Positions 50,281 to 62,399 of a stretch of 64,000 nucleotides of DNA are shown one piece after another (positions within the stretch are counted from its first letter, which is position 1; the number at the start of each line of letters is the position of its first letter). Under the pieces are notes generated by a model. It did not search any database, had not been told where the DNA came from, and was given only the letters and a program-made list of their open reading frames with translations. Source of the stretch: Octopus bimaculoides (taxonomy: Eukaryota); assembly GCF_001194135.2 (NCBI RefSeq), contig NC_068983.1:160033213-160097212 (forward strand), in the 5' to 3' direction. Both the position numbers and the translations under genes were made by a program.

Positions 50281-52255
50281 TATTACTTAATATGTATACG
50301 TGAAAAATTATTGTTCGTTTTTGGACAGAGAAATTTGAACGATTGCTTTAGTCCAATGAAAGAACGCCTGTCGTGTCTACAAGTGATATGAGTTCAAGTC
50401 CCACATGAAGCCTTTGCCTTTTTCTATTCAAAAGATTTTTTCAATCTGATATTTATATGCTATTATTTATGCGCTTTGAGATTCAGTTCCAAAACAGAAT
50501 TATTTCATGTTCTCTCGAAAGTTTATAAATTCTTATGGCCTCATCAAAACGGTTATCTATTTTCGTATCGATATGTACGCTTATGGATCCAACTATTCAA
50601 GTGTTCAGCTCTTCTGTATTTGGAAGTGGCTTTAAAGGAACTGATCGTCATATTGCATATGAGAATACTTCTTCATTGATCGACCAGTTTATTTTAATAT
50701 TTTTCAGTATTACTGTCCGTCAAAAGCGCATCGCTTTGCTTGAAATAGTAACCTAATTATCCTTAGACCACAACCTTTAAAAAGGACACGTAGAATGTGG
50801 ATATCGTTACCTCAAGCTTTCAGTGTCTTACACACGCAAATACACACATATTTAAACAACACACCCTGAAGTTCCAAGGTCTACTCTATTAGGGTTGACT
50901 TGTGGCACAACGGCGACAAATGACAAAAATAACAAAGCATGTACATCACATGCTCGCATATACACACACACACACACACACAATTACGCGTGCGCACAAG
51001 TTGTTTCTGGATTTGCTGCAAATTGCAACCTAATATAATTCAAATCACATTCTGTCAAATTTAAAAAGGATTCGTTAGTTAATTCTGTCCTACATAATAA
51101 AGTTTTTGTCAGCATCTTGTAACATACACACGTACATATACCACACATACAATCAAAACATACGCAACGAAGAAAAGAGGACTTGTTTATAGACAATACT
51201 AAGCAAATGACAAAAAATATGCTATACACAAAGTAAAAACACAGAATAGTCTTGATAAGAATACTTTTCATTATATGTAAGCACGATTAGATTTTTTTCC
51301 TGAAGTAAAACGCATACACGACAAAAATTAATATCCCTCACACCACCAAGTACCTGCTCGACCTGCTAAGAATAACAGCCAAATCTTCCCTAACCAGACT
51401 CTGCTCTTTTAAAATTTCACGTTGGATAATGCAGTCGTGATAAATAGTAGTAACAACCAGTCCGAAATGACAGTCAAATGTAGCAGACGATAGGAGTGTT
51501 GTTTACTTAGTTTCTACACTAGCTAGAAACAGGAACTAATTCTCTGGAAGCACAAACAGGAGTCTTGAATTTAAAAAGGTGGTCCTGTGTTTCTTTATCT
51601 AGAGAAGAAAACGGGATAGTTATGTGTCTTCCCTATTAGAATAACAAGCATCGATACAACTTACGCAGACGCACACCAGTGGTCTTTCCACCTACATTAA
51701 TTGGTCAACACGTATAAACTCAATGTCATTGATGAAAACGCCATCTCCCCTACTGTCTGACTTCCACATTCTCCTGAACGTCCTGCCTCTCTCTCAGTAT
51801 TCTCTCTCTCTCTCTCTCAGTATTCTCTCTCGCTCTCACGCGCACACACACTGACTCATCCACTCACTCATTTGCTCTGTCGAACTGCCAAGTATGCTTT
51901 AAATATTTATAAATGAAAAGGAACATTTTATATTTCTTAACGTTTCTAAAATACGATCTAAATGTGTGTGTGTGTGTGTGTGCGTGTGCGTGTGCGTGTG
52001 CGTGTGCGTGTGTGATATTTGTTTAATGCGGTATATAAAGCATAGCATGTAACCATTGCTCTTTTATAACTTGATAGACGTGTCCGTAAAGAGAAATCTG
52101 TGGTAAAGGAGATGTTGGTTAATGCGGGGTACCTATTTGAATGAGTGCGTGTCAGAAGGCTAGTAATATTTAAATATATGTTTGCATAAAAGGCACAATA
52201 AAATGCCAAGAGGCAATGTTTCCTTTTGGTTAACAAACCTGAGAATTTTTTCTGG

Positions 52256-53072
52256 GGATCTTTTTTAAAACGGGGGCCACATTTTTCATTAACGAAACAC
52301 TTTGAAACTTGGAACACTGGTAGAATGTGTCATATAAAACATCTTTTTCTCTTAGTCTTCTTTAAAAAAAAAGAAATCCCTAAGTTATTCCATGTTAAAG
52401 TTGTATTTCTGTAATTTCAAANNNNNNNNNNNNNNNNNNNNNNNNNNNNNNNNNNNNNNNNNNNNNNNNNNNNNNNNNNNNNNNNNNNNNNNNNNNNNNN
52501 NNNNNNNNNNNNNNNNNNNNNNNNNNNNNNNNNNNNNNNNNNNNNNNNNNNNNNNNNNNNNNNNNNNNNNNNNNNNNNNNNNNNNNNNNNNNNNNNNNNN
52601 NNNNNNNNNNNNNNNNNNNNNNNNNNNNNNNNNCACTGACGTCCATTCAGCCGATATACATTAAGTGCCGACTACATAAACAAACGATTCTGAAACAATT
52701 CTATCGGTGATAGAGTTAGGGTTAGGGTTAGGGTTAGGGTAAAACAGCAAATTTAAAAAGAAAAAAGCAAATAAAACGACGAAAAAAAAAAAGAAAATGA
52801 ATAAAGCAAATTTAAAATGAAAAAAGCAAATAAAACGAAGTTATGGCTTAATCAGCCAAAGGAGTAAATATAAACAACTGAATACTTGTCAGTGATTGGT
52901 TGAAATTATCGAAATAAGACAATTTTTTACATGAAATAAATTCGAATACAAAAATATTCTTCTATTCTATAACACAAAATAGATAAGTATACGAAGTTTG
53001 AAAGTCTTTCGGTACCAAAAACACTACGTAAAACATTAATGAAAAATGTGGCCCCCGTTTTAAAAAAGATCC
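52256..53072. mobile_element. Merlin-like MITE with perfect 37-bp TIRs, 8-bp TSD and internal (TTAGGG)4
   Basis: TIR GGATCTTTTTTAAAACGGGGGCCACATTTTTCATTAA (52256-52292) has an exact reverse complement at 53036-53072. Flanks are TTTTCTGG (52248-52255) and TATTCTGG (53073-53080). GG termini with an 8-bp TSD fit the Merlin superfamily. Confidence 0.8.
52716..52739 (+). repeat. (TTAGGG)4 telomere-type repeat inside the MITE
   Basis: Four exact units. Confidence 0.95.
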
Positions 53073-53084
53073 TATTCTGGTGCA

Positions 53085-53470
53085 ATAAAGATATTACCGG
53101 AGCTTGGCAGGTAAGCCTTCCAGATAATCGGGAAGAAATCAAGTGTTCATTCATTAGTAATTGTTCAATCTGTGTAACGTAGATATCAGCCTTCCCGTCA
53201 ATCGGGAGAAGTAAACAAATGTTCATTCCTTAATATGTTCTCATGAGTCGGGAAAAAGATCAGTGCATTAAGGTAGAAGTCCTTCCGTGGATAAGTGCTA
53301 ATTTCTGATCAAAGTCCTGCCAGGCCAAAGCTCATCTAACCTGCTTACCATCCAGTCTACTCGACTACTGGCCTTTCTTTTTAAAACTCGCGCTTCACTG
53401 CCTGGGCCGCGTGTATCCTTCTGCGGCCAGCAGTGATTGGTTAGTTTAAGCAAAACGACTAAATTAAGCT
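53085..53470 (+). promoter_or_regulatory. Candidate promoter/first-exon region
   Basis: Consensus donor CAG|GTAAGC at 53110/53111, a CpG-retaining GC-richer patch at 53385-53432, and a reverse CCAAT (GATTGG) at about 53436. It lies just upstream of the CpG-decayed region. Confidence 0.25.
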
Positions 53471-53521
53471 ACCATCGAAAAGTAGTGCTTATTTGACTTG
53501 CTACATTTATATTTCGAAATA

Positions 53522-53887
53522 GTGGAGGCGCAATGGACCAGTGATTAGGGCAGCGGACTCGCAGTCATAGGATCGCGGTTTCGATTCCCAGACCGGGCGT
53601 TGTGAGTGTTTATTGAGCGAAAACACCTGAAAGCTCCACGAGGCTCCGGCAGGGGATGGTGGCGAACCCTGCTGTACTCTTCCGCCACAAATTTCTCTCA
53701 CTCTTACTTCCTGTTTCTGTTGTGCATGTAATTCAAAGGGTCAGCTGAATATCCCTGAGAACTACGTTAAGGGTACACGTGTCTGTGGAGTGCTCAGCCA
53801 CTTGCACGTTAATCTCACGAGCAGGCTATTCCGTTGATCGGATCAACTGGAACCCTCGACGTCGTAAGGGACGGAGTGCCAACAACA
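53522..53887 (+). mobile_element. SINE family B, full length with an 11-bp TSD
   Basis: tRNA-like head and (CAA)n tail. TSD ATTTCGAAATA at 53511-53521 and 53888-53898. Confidence 0.95.
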
Positions 53888-54554
53888 ATTTCGAAATACC
53901 TTGTTGTTGGTCTCCATCGATATCCAAAATACAGAGTCACAGAAAAATACAAAGATAGAAATATGTTCATCTGTTTAGTCTCTATATCCTTTTACGTGTT
54001 TCGTTGATTACTAGAACTATTATGTGAGGATATATCTTACAATCAAGTTACATTCTCATGTCATCAGAGTTACCATAATAAACGAATAATCTACACACAA
54101 TGGATCTATTCATCGATGATTGTAGTAAGAAATGGTATGAATATATCTCCACTGTTGTTATACATACACGCGTAATTGCATATATGCATGAATATATCTC
54201 AATTAATAAAGAAAGTAAATATTAAGAAATATTCAGAAATTGAAAAAGACTTGAATCGATTTATATTGATAAGACCAAACCATTTGAGAATTCATAATGA
54301 TCAAAAATGATCAAAAATCGTAAATAATTTCAACTTTTATATAGTTTACTTTTTGCATTTTAACTGCATTTATATGATTCTTTACGTGGTCATTCGATCT
54401 GATAGAAATCTTTATCAAATCTTCTTCAAAACAAAGCATTTCATGTTTAAAAAAAAGTAGGAAATGTTGGATGATATATTCTCAGATGTGCTGAGCATCA
54501 AAAGAAAAGAATAAACGTCATGATGTGCAGTAATTTTTACACAGTATGTTGGTT

Positions 54555-54724
54555 TCAAAATTTGGCAAAAGTCCAGCAATTTCAGGAAAGAAGGTAATTG
54601 ATTACATCGATCCAAGTGCTCAAGTCGACCTTGGCAGAATTTGAAGTCAGTACGTAACGATGAACAAAATACGGCTAAACATTTTGCTCGGCGTGCTAGT
54701 GATTCTGCCAGTTCACCACCTTAA
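54555..54724 (-). mobile_element. SINE family A, internally deleted
   Basis: GTCGACCTTGGCAGAATTTGAA...CTGCCAGTTCACCACCTTA. Confidence 0.8.
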
Positions 54725-54789
54725 GGTTTAACTCTATATTAAAACCTAATCGAGATACCTTCTATTGGCAGTCGAGAATATATGTTGTT

Positions 54790-55228
54790 ACTGTTACTTG
54801 AAAATCAAGTTTCAGACATGTTCATCGCAAAGGAAGGCGTATGAAAGAATCTGCTCACTTCCACAGCAAGCTTACCAGTGTCTGACAAGCCATACAAAAG
54901 AAACGAACTCAACTGCATCGATGGCAAAGGAAATTCAAAATTACTACCACTTTACTCATGAATCTCCTTCGTCAGGTCTGAATTGGGGCTTAACAATAAA
55001 AATAGTGTCTAATTCTGAACAACCAGTGCTATGAATAACTGGTTTGTTTCACTGATGTTTTTTTCTTGTTTTGTTTTAATCATTCTTAAAACATCATTTA
55101 CTTTGCCTGTGGTTTTCTTCACTTGTTTTCTGTTCATATATCTTACATTTTGTGTTACTTCATTGTTTCCATCAGACATTTTACCTTGTAACATTTCTAA
55201 AAATCTCCTTCTCTTCCTCGTTCAGATC
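54790..55228 (-). mobile_element. R4/Dong-type LINE N-terminal fragment
   Basis: ORF 55009-55194 (KKTTGKVNDVLRMIKT..NISETNQL) parallels the 21.2-21.4 kb segment of the Dong copy. It abuts an (ATT)n run. Confidence 0.55.
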
Positions 55229-55245
55229 TTATTATTATTATTATT

Positions 55246-55765
55246 ATTGAGTGAGAGCAGTGCATGCCATCAAAATGACACTGGGGTAAAATATACGAAG
55301 CCCAGTATACACATCATGACTACCTGTCTGATAAGGGTACACCAGGCACATGCATCGCAACCATATGTGCGTGACATGGTGATATCATATCAAGATAAAC
55401 GGTGCATGACCTTGAAGGTGGGGCCCAGTTAGAATTTTCTTCAAGTCGAGTAGCCCATCCCGCTCAAAAGGTCCCCGAATAAGTTTTGTTTAAGGATGTT
55501 GAGCAAAACACCCATGTTTCCAAAGGTGAATTATTCAAACCCCAAAGAATTTCCCTCAACACGTGGCTATGATGTTTCCCCACTACTTCTGCTCATGATC
55601 AGAAATGCACATATTGTCAGCCACCAAGGGACATGCTCAACTGGTCAAGGTCAAACAACTGACAAGCAAATCTGTGGTATTAAGCAGAATATTTGCTGTA
55701 GCCCATCTTTTTATACCAAGACAAAACAATGTACATGATAACACTTCCAATCAATTAGGATCAGA
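55246..55765 (-). mobile_element. (AAT)n-embedded non-coding retroposon, copy 1
   Basis: About 520 bp colinear with 55815-56335, flanked by (ATT)n on both sides. No tRNA head or ORF is recognisable. Confidence 0.8.
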
Positions 55766-55814
<49 letters not shown>

Positions 55815-55818
<4 letters not shown>

Positions 55819-56372
55819 GTGAGAGAGCACTACGTGCCTTCAGAGTGACACTGGGGTAAAATATACGAAGCTGAATATATCCATCATGGCTACCTGTCTG
55901 ATAAGGGTACATCAGGCACATGCATCACAACCATATGTGTGTGACATGGTGATCTCATATCAAAATAAACAGTGCATGACCTTGCAGGCGGGGTCCAGTC
56001 AGAATTTTCTTCAGGTCGAGTAGCCCATCCTGCTCAAAAGGTCCCTGAATAAGGTTTGTCTAAGGATGTTGAACAAAACACCCATGTTTCCATAGGTGAA
56101 TTATCCAAACCTCAAAGAATTTCTCTCAACACATGGCTATGATGTTTCCCCACTACTTCTGCTCATGATCAGAGATGCATGTATCGTCAGCCACTAAGGG
56201 ACATGCTCAACTGCTTAAGATCACACATCTGACAAGCAAACATGTGGTAGTGAGCCAAATATTTGCTGTAGCCCATCTTTTATACCAAGACAAAACAATG
56301 TACATGATAACATTTGCAATCAGTTAAGATCAGAATCTATGAGATCCACTGCCTGGTACTGCATCAGGGCAT
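55815..56372 (-). mobile_element. (AAT)n-embedded non-coding retroposon, copy 2 (longer at the inferred 5' end)
   Basis: Same sequence as copy 1 plus ...GATCCACTGCCTGGTACTGCATCAGGGCATTT, flanked by (ATT)n. Confidence 0.8.
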
Positions 56373-56394
56373 TTATTATTACTATTATTATTAT

Positions 56395-56771
56395 TATTCA
56401 GTAGTTTTATTGTTATAGCGTGCTTTCATTTCACTACCGAGTGCAGCTCTGTGTGCCTTGGGTATGTGCTGTNNNNNNNNNNTTTCACTACCGAGTGCAG
56501 CTCTGTGTGCCTTGGGTATGTGCTGTGGTTTGCTGTGATGCTCTTATGGTTAATGCATTGAAAGTGTTTTGCGTAGGATGTGTGCATTACCCAGTAGTGC
56601 AATTTTCTCTATGTTATGTATACTTGTAAGTCCTAGTGGTTTTATTATGTATTTGTCTGAATATTGCGCCTACTATGAAAGGAATTGTTTCTGTTTATAG
56701 ATTTTACATTCGAGTTACCTCTATTTCCAGGTCTTTGTATTTTGAAAGTTTCTCTATTTCTTTTAGAGAAA

Positions 56772-56772
<1 letters not shown>
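56395..56772 (-). mobile_element. 5'-truncated R4/Dong-type LINE 3' end inserted in (TAA)n
   Basis: Minus strand SLKEIEKLSKYKDLEIEVTRM...ETIPFIVGA...IEKIALLGNAHILRKTL (restriction-like endonuclease C-terminus), then a 3' UTR and (AAT)n, with (ATT)n on both flanks. Confidence 0.85.
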
Positions 56773-56813
<41 letters not shown>

Positions 56814-56837
56814 TACTATTACTACTACTATTACTAC

Positions 56838-56876
<39 letters not shown>
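56772..56876. repeat. (ATT/ACT)n microsatellite
   Basis: Direct inspection. Confidence 0.95.
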
Positions 56877-56877
<1 letters not shown>

Positions 56878-57077
56878 ACGGTGAGCCAGCAGAATCATTA
56901 GCATGCCAGATAAAATGCATAGCAGCATTTTGTCCATCTTTATGTTTTGGGTTCAAATTCCACTGAGGTTAACCTTACCTTTCATCCTTTCAGTGTTGTT
57001 GATATAAGTGCCAGGATCGATGCAATCGGCTGGCTTCTTCCTCACATTCCAGGCCTTGTGTGTATAGTAGAAAAGAC
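56878..57077 (+). mobile_element. SINE family A, CpG-decayed
   Basis: GTGAGCCAGCAGAATCATTAGCATGCC...GGTTCAAATTCCACTGAGG...GGCCTTGTGTGTATAGTAGAAAAGA. Confidence 0.85.
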
Positions 57078-59452
57078 TATTATCATTCTCATCATCATCA
57101 TCATCATCATCATTATTATCAAGTTTCTTTCCATTATTATCCTTATCTTCAACATCACCATCATTTCTGTCTTCATCATCATTTTTGCTATCTTCATGCT
57201 CATGATGATAATGATAACCAAGGAGCTATATGTACAAAAAGACATTCATCTCTTCCAGTTCTCCAAAGTAAATCCATCCTATCCATGCTAGCATGGAAAA
57301 TCGTGTGCGAATTAGTAAATCCAAATTCATTCCATTCACCAAAGATTAATAATTGAAGCACTGAATAATATTAATGGACTTAACTCCAATATGTTAGTGG
57401 TACTTATAAACTTTGGAAGGATAAACAGCAAAGTTGAACTCATCCATCATTTCGTCTTAAAACTGAGTGTCAGGACTAAGTACTTTAATGTATTTAATCT
57501 GATGATGTAGTGTCTTAAATATTCCTTTCGGTTAATACAAGATGGGAAATTTCTTATACTGGCACCAAGTCCTATAAATCTGTTGGATAAGGACATATTT
57601 AAATGTCACAATTTTGTAGAGTGGAAATATAATTATTTAAGTCTATCCAGTGCTTGCCTGGTAATTATTTTTATCAGCTACAGGGTCCTGAATGGTAGGG
57701 TCAGTGTTGTGGTGCTTGACTTCAGGATTAAGGGGTAAAGTAAATATTCTGAATACAATTATTCCATTGCTGTGCCCTTTCTACTTTTCTATTAACCTGA
57801 AAATCATTTATCATAAGTCTGTTGATATGATTATAGAGACAACAATGATTTTGGTGATGATGGTAATGATGATGATGATGATAATGATGATGATGACGAT
57901 GATGGTGATGATGATCATGATGGTGGTGGTGGTCTTGGATCATTATGATGATTGCTGCCAGCATCCTCATTACCATGATAAATAAAATGAAATTAGGATA
58001 TGTGGTAATCATTTTAATTATGAAGATTGTCCTTGCTGTATAACACTTATATTGATCCAACCACATTCAACTGTTCAAATATTTTCACAGATTATAAACT
58101 GTCTCCATGACAAAGATATTTAATGCTCTGTGAGTCAATCCATCTATGATAATAGTAGAAGATAGAGAGAATGTGTGAGGGATCACATTAATGCTGTGTG
58201 CAAAAGATCTGTTGCTGAAATGTGATTGAAAATTTGAAGAGTGGATTCAAGTCTTCTCATAAATAAAGCCAGCCATGAAAAATATGTTTGTTAATTCTTT
58301 AATAGCAAGAAATATGGGATGTGTTTTAGGGTATATTTCCAATAATGAGCAATATATTTCAAGAATAAGAGGCATAAACAAGAATCTCAAGCAAATCAGA
58401 TTTAATCAACAGATTAAAACTCTCTAACTTTTCAATGCTTATTCCCCACTTCTAGCTAACTGTGTTGGAGAACAAGGAAAAATAGATTTATGAAGATGCA
58501 GTCATGAGATATAACATAATCTATCTTTAAATATACAGATATATCTACTTAAACCCGATTTTCCAACTCTGTATTTTGGATTGGTAGAAGCCTTGTGTCC
58601 AAAGCTTTTAGAAAGATTTGTGATATTTCTGCCTACTTAACTCTGGCTTTCCATCAATATATTTTTCGTAGGTAAGTCCTTATGTCCAAAGTTTTTAAAG
58701 CAATTCTTGGTAACAATGAAACAGTGGAGGGGTGATTGTATGATTTCAATTCTACTGTAGGTGCTTCAGCCCCATCATATGATAACAATGATTCAGTAGT
58801 TTGAGCAACTGAATTATCCATTCATTGAATAGATATGTAATTGGTTAATCATTCCAAAAACATAAGTACACTTAACACAGAATCAGCATGGCAATCACTT
58901 AATAACACTTTTCTACATCAAAAATATTCAGAGGGCAACATCTTATCGCCAATTTTCCATGAAATTATGCTAATGAGAAATAAATCTTCTAGTCTATTTC
59001 ATGTAACTTTTCCATAACTAAAATTTAACTCTGTACAATAAAACCTATAAAATACTAAGAGTGATTTATGCTATTCCTTGGTGGTAGTCATTCCTTGGAT
59101 TATACAAACCCATAGTAACTAGTTAGATCTACAAAAATAGTCCAATTCAGAATGAAATAACTTTGTCAAAAACACTATGTTGTGCTACTGGTAAACTGCA
59201 TAATCAACTTCATATTTGGTAGACGGAAACTGAAAGAAGTCTGGAACCCTATCAACTCATATGGTACCTCTTATTATCTCTGTCTGCTACCCTATTTACT
59301 TTACTACTTCTTTGATTATGACTTCATCCAGCATAGCTCAATGAATCTACTTGTTGGGAATAAGTAACTGAACTCATGGGTAAGTTGGTTGCAAGGATTA
59401 GTTTTCCTTCAAGATAAGTAGAGATTTGGTCACTTTGTGATATTTTAAAGAC

Positions 59453-59863
59453 TCTCTCTTTTACTCTTTTACTTGTTTCAGTCATTTGACTGTGGCCATG
59501 CTGGAGCACCGCCTTTAGTCGAGCAAATCGACCCCAGGACTTATTCTTTGAATGCCTAGTACTTATTCTATCGGTCTCTTTTACCGAACTGCTAAGTTAC
59601 GGGGACCTAAACACACCACCATCGGTTGTCAAGCGATGTTGGGGGGACAAACACAGACACACAAACATATACACACATATACATACATATACATATATAC
59701 GACAGGCTTCTTTCAGTTTCCGTCTACCAAATCCACTCACAAGGCTTTGGTCGGCCCGAGGCTATAGTAGAAGACACTTACCCAAGGTGCCATGCAGTGG
59801 GAATGAACCCGGAACCATGTGGTTGGTAAGCAAGCTACTTACCACACAGCCACTCCTGTGCCT
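59453..59863 (-). mobile_element. tRNA-derived CORE-like SINE family C, full length
   Basis: Minus-strand head AGGCACAGGAGTGGCTGTGTGGTAAGTAGCTTG...GGGTTCATTCCC, a CORE-like TTGGGTAAGTGTCTT, an internal (TA/CA) tract, and a tail ...CAGTCAAATGACTGAAACAAGTAAAAGAGTAA. A further remnant lies at about 61010-61165. Confidence 0.9.
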
Positions 59864-60970
59864 ATGTTACTTTTACACAAAATTTTAATGCTACTGCTGG
59901 CTAAATGAACAGAGATCCACTATATCCACCTCAAATGAAATTTAATGTTCACAACTCATCACCAATGTTACTGGTAAATCTCTTCAATTTTCAATGGCCC
60001 AATCTGCTTAATCATCAGGAAAAATTACAATGAGATACATTTTCTCCAATTATTATAACAAAAATGATGAATCTTGGATTTTATTTCTAATGTGATGAAT
60101 ATTGATATAAACTAATACTATCGTATTTCCAATAATATTACCTTTAATATGAATATATGATTGGCTTGCTGGAAATAGTAACAAAATTTCCCTCAAATCA
60201 CACAGTTGTTTTTAACACAACAAAATTATGAAGAGATTTTATATCAGATAATTCCACAGCATTTTACCTTCTAATAGTGTGTATATACTTAGAATGATAT
60301 ATGGATGACAATTTTTAGTTAATACTGTTTCAATTGTATACATTGAGTGTTCTTTTCTGCAATCAGGCATGCTTCTACAATACTAGTGACTGTTTTATTC
60401 ACTGTTTTCTGTATATTGATGTTGTCATCATCATGTATTGAACACTTTATCATAGTGCTTTATTGATATTGGGATGGTTTGCCATTGACTTCCTCAACTA
60501 GAGGCCATTGACCCATTAGAAGCTCATCTATCCTTTGACAGGTCTAGTTTTTAGTCCTCCTACACATTCAGAAATTCTCCTCACAAGAGTAGCAAGCTAC
60601 TCAAGTAAGGAGCCAGTTTAGTTGCTAACCACTTGACCATGAAACAGGTAGTTCTGGTTTACATGGTACCAGCAGCAGGTCCCATCAACCTGTGATAAAA
60701 TCCCTGATCTGACTCATACATTGATGTACAAAATTTTATTTAAGCAAATAACAATTGAGTGCATGGCATCAACAAATGTCAAAAAAGGTGAAAAGCGACT
60801 GTTGATTTTGTGAGTCACTGCAGCTCAATAGTTCATTTCCCTCTGGTATAAACTACATTTTTAACACAAGAAGTCCATGAAAAGATTTTATCACAGACAA
60901 TTCCACAGCATCTTGCAATCTAATGTTGTGTATACATTTAGTACGATACACAAGGCAACATAGATGCATG

Positions 60971-61005
<35 letters not shown>

Positions 61006-61196
61006 TCAACAGACTTCTTTCTTTTTCTCTCAGCCAATTTTTCTCACAAGTCTTTGATCAATTATGGCCACAGTAGGAGACAGTTGCTGAAAGTGTTGCA
61101 CAGTGGAACCAAACTGAAACCATGTGTTAGGATGTGAACTTCTTAACCACAAATGCTTGCCCCTATATTTATACAAACAAATACACACTCACACAC

Positions 61197-61341
61197 AGTT
61201 CAAATTCCGCCGAGGTCGACTTTGCCTTTCATCCTTTCGGGGTCGATTAAATAAGTACCAGTTACGCACTGGGGTCGGTATAATCGACTTAATCCGTTTG
61301 TCCCCTCTGTGTGTAGCCCCTTGTGGGTAGTAAAGAAATAA
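61197..61341 (+). mobile_element. SINE family A variant with alternative 3' tail, 5'-truncated, young-looking
   Basis: GTTCAAATTCCGCCGAGGTCGACTTTGCCTTTCATCCTTTCGGGGTCG..., with tail TGTCCCCTCTGTGTGTAGCCCCTTGTGGGTAGTAAAGAAATAA. Confidence 0.9.
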
Positions 61342-61499
61342 CACTTACACACACACACACACTCTTTCCGTATTGATTGACAAACTTATCAACAACTTTG
61401 TGACTTGTTCATTCACATATGATGGATAGTTGCAAGTATGTGTTTCTTGCCTAAAGCTGAAATTTTACACATCATCCTTGTACAGGTAAAACCTAACCC

Positions 61500-62150
61500 A
61501 AATGGTCTTCAAAATGCAGAAATATTTGCCAGGTGAATGCATTCAAGAACATGTGTAAAACTATATTGCAGACATCTATATAGAGGAACTTATTAGTAAG
61601 AGAGTGTAGAGATGACTAATGAGTTGGTACCTCACATATAGCACAGAGAAGCAATCAGTGCTAAATGCATGAGTATGAGTAGCAGCATAATACACAAAAA
61701 AAGAGGGTTGGGACAATGGTGTTTCACTGGTTTACAACATTTTCAACAGGAATGGGTCTAGATCTCATATATTCTTACTGAACTGGTCTATGTTCACATT
61801 TCATTGTGAGAGGATTTAATTATTGATACAAAGTGACCAGCATAAATAAGTTTGCATCTTACTTTCTTGTGAGTTTCCGCTATTCACAGTATTGAAGATT
61901 TCTGTTGGATGAATGGAAATCTCAATAAAATCCATGTTCTGCTCTGAGCACTTTTCTTGCATCTGTCTTCTTGTGCAAAACATATTCCTTGTTCCTCTAT
62001 GAGAATGAAAACCACTCTGAGATTCAAGGATGACATCAAAACAGAAAAAAAAGAGATTCATCTAGTTAACAAAAGAATGGTTGCCAGAATCTAACAACAG
62101 AATTTAACATAGACAGTGGAAAGGTATGTCTATGGTTACCACATTTTATT
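61500..62150 (-). mobile_element. RTE/BovB-like LINE RT remnant
   Basis: Minus strand ILATILL...VILESQSGF..HRGTRNMF..RRQMQEKCSEQNMD...FNTVN, and DPFPVENVV..., matching the RTE-BovB ESQxGFR..RGTxDMIF..RQ.QEKC.EQ motif. Confidence 0.8.
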
Positions 62151-62343
62151 CTGAGAACATTTTCTTTATACAAAGAAAGCGCAATTGCATTTTTTCTAGT
62201 CTTTGAGAACACTGTTGTTATCTCTCTAATCTATACTTAGACATTCAGGTCTTACGTGTCCCAAGATACTATGGGACACGTAAGACCTCTGTTCAGATTC
62301 TTACTTTATCAGGAGACCTACCGAGATTTAATTCATTTATTGT

Positions 62344-62396
<53 letters not shown>

Positions 62397-62399
62397 ATC

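Noticed and set aside
52716-52739. Telomere or chromosome-fusion scar
   Set aside because: Only four units, and they sit inside a TIR/TSD-bounded MITE.
53522-53595. tRNA-Arg-like sequence (also at 35470-35541, 44660-44731, 59790-59863)
   Set aside because: These are SINE heads attached to SINE bodies, two of them with TSDs. The acceptor stems are not intact.
55430-55530. Possible hammerhead in the (AAT)n-embedded element (CTGAAGA-like and GAAAC..GTTTC motifs)
   Set aside because: Stems I and II cannot be formed in the required register.
56429-56526. 44-bp direct repeat
   Set aside because: Identical copies flank a 10-N gap, so this is a contig-overlap assembly artefact.
62085-62135. Apparent exon ending at AAG|GTATGT
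   Set aside because: The sequence is the antisense of an RTE RT motif (ISL...KILATILL.R), and there is no good acceptor or open frame.
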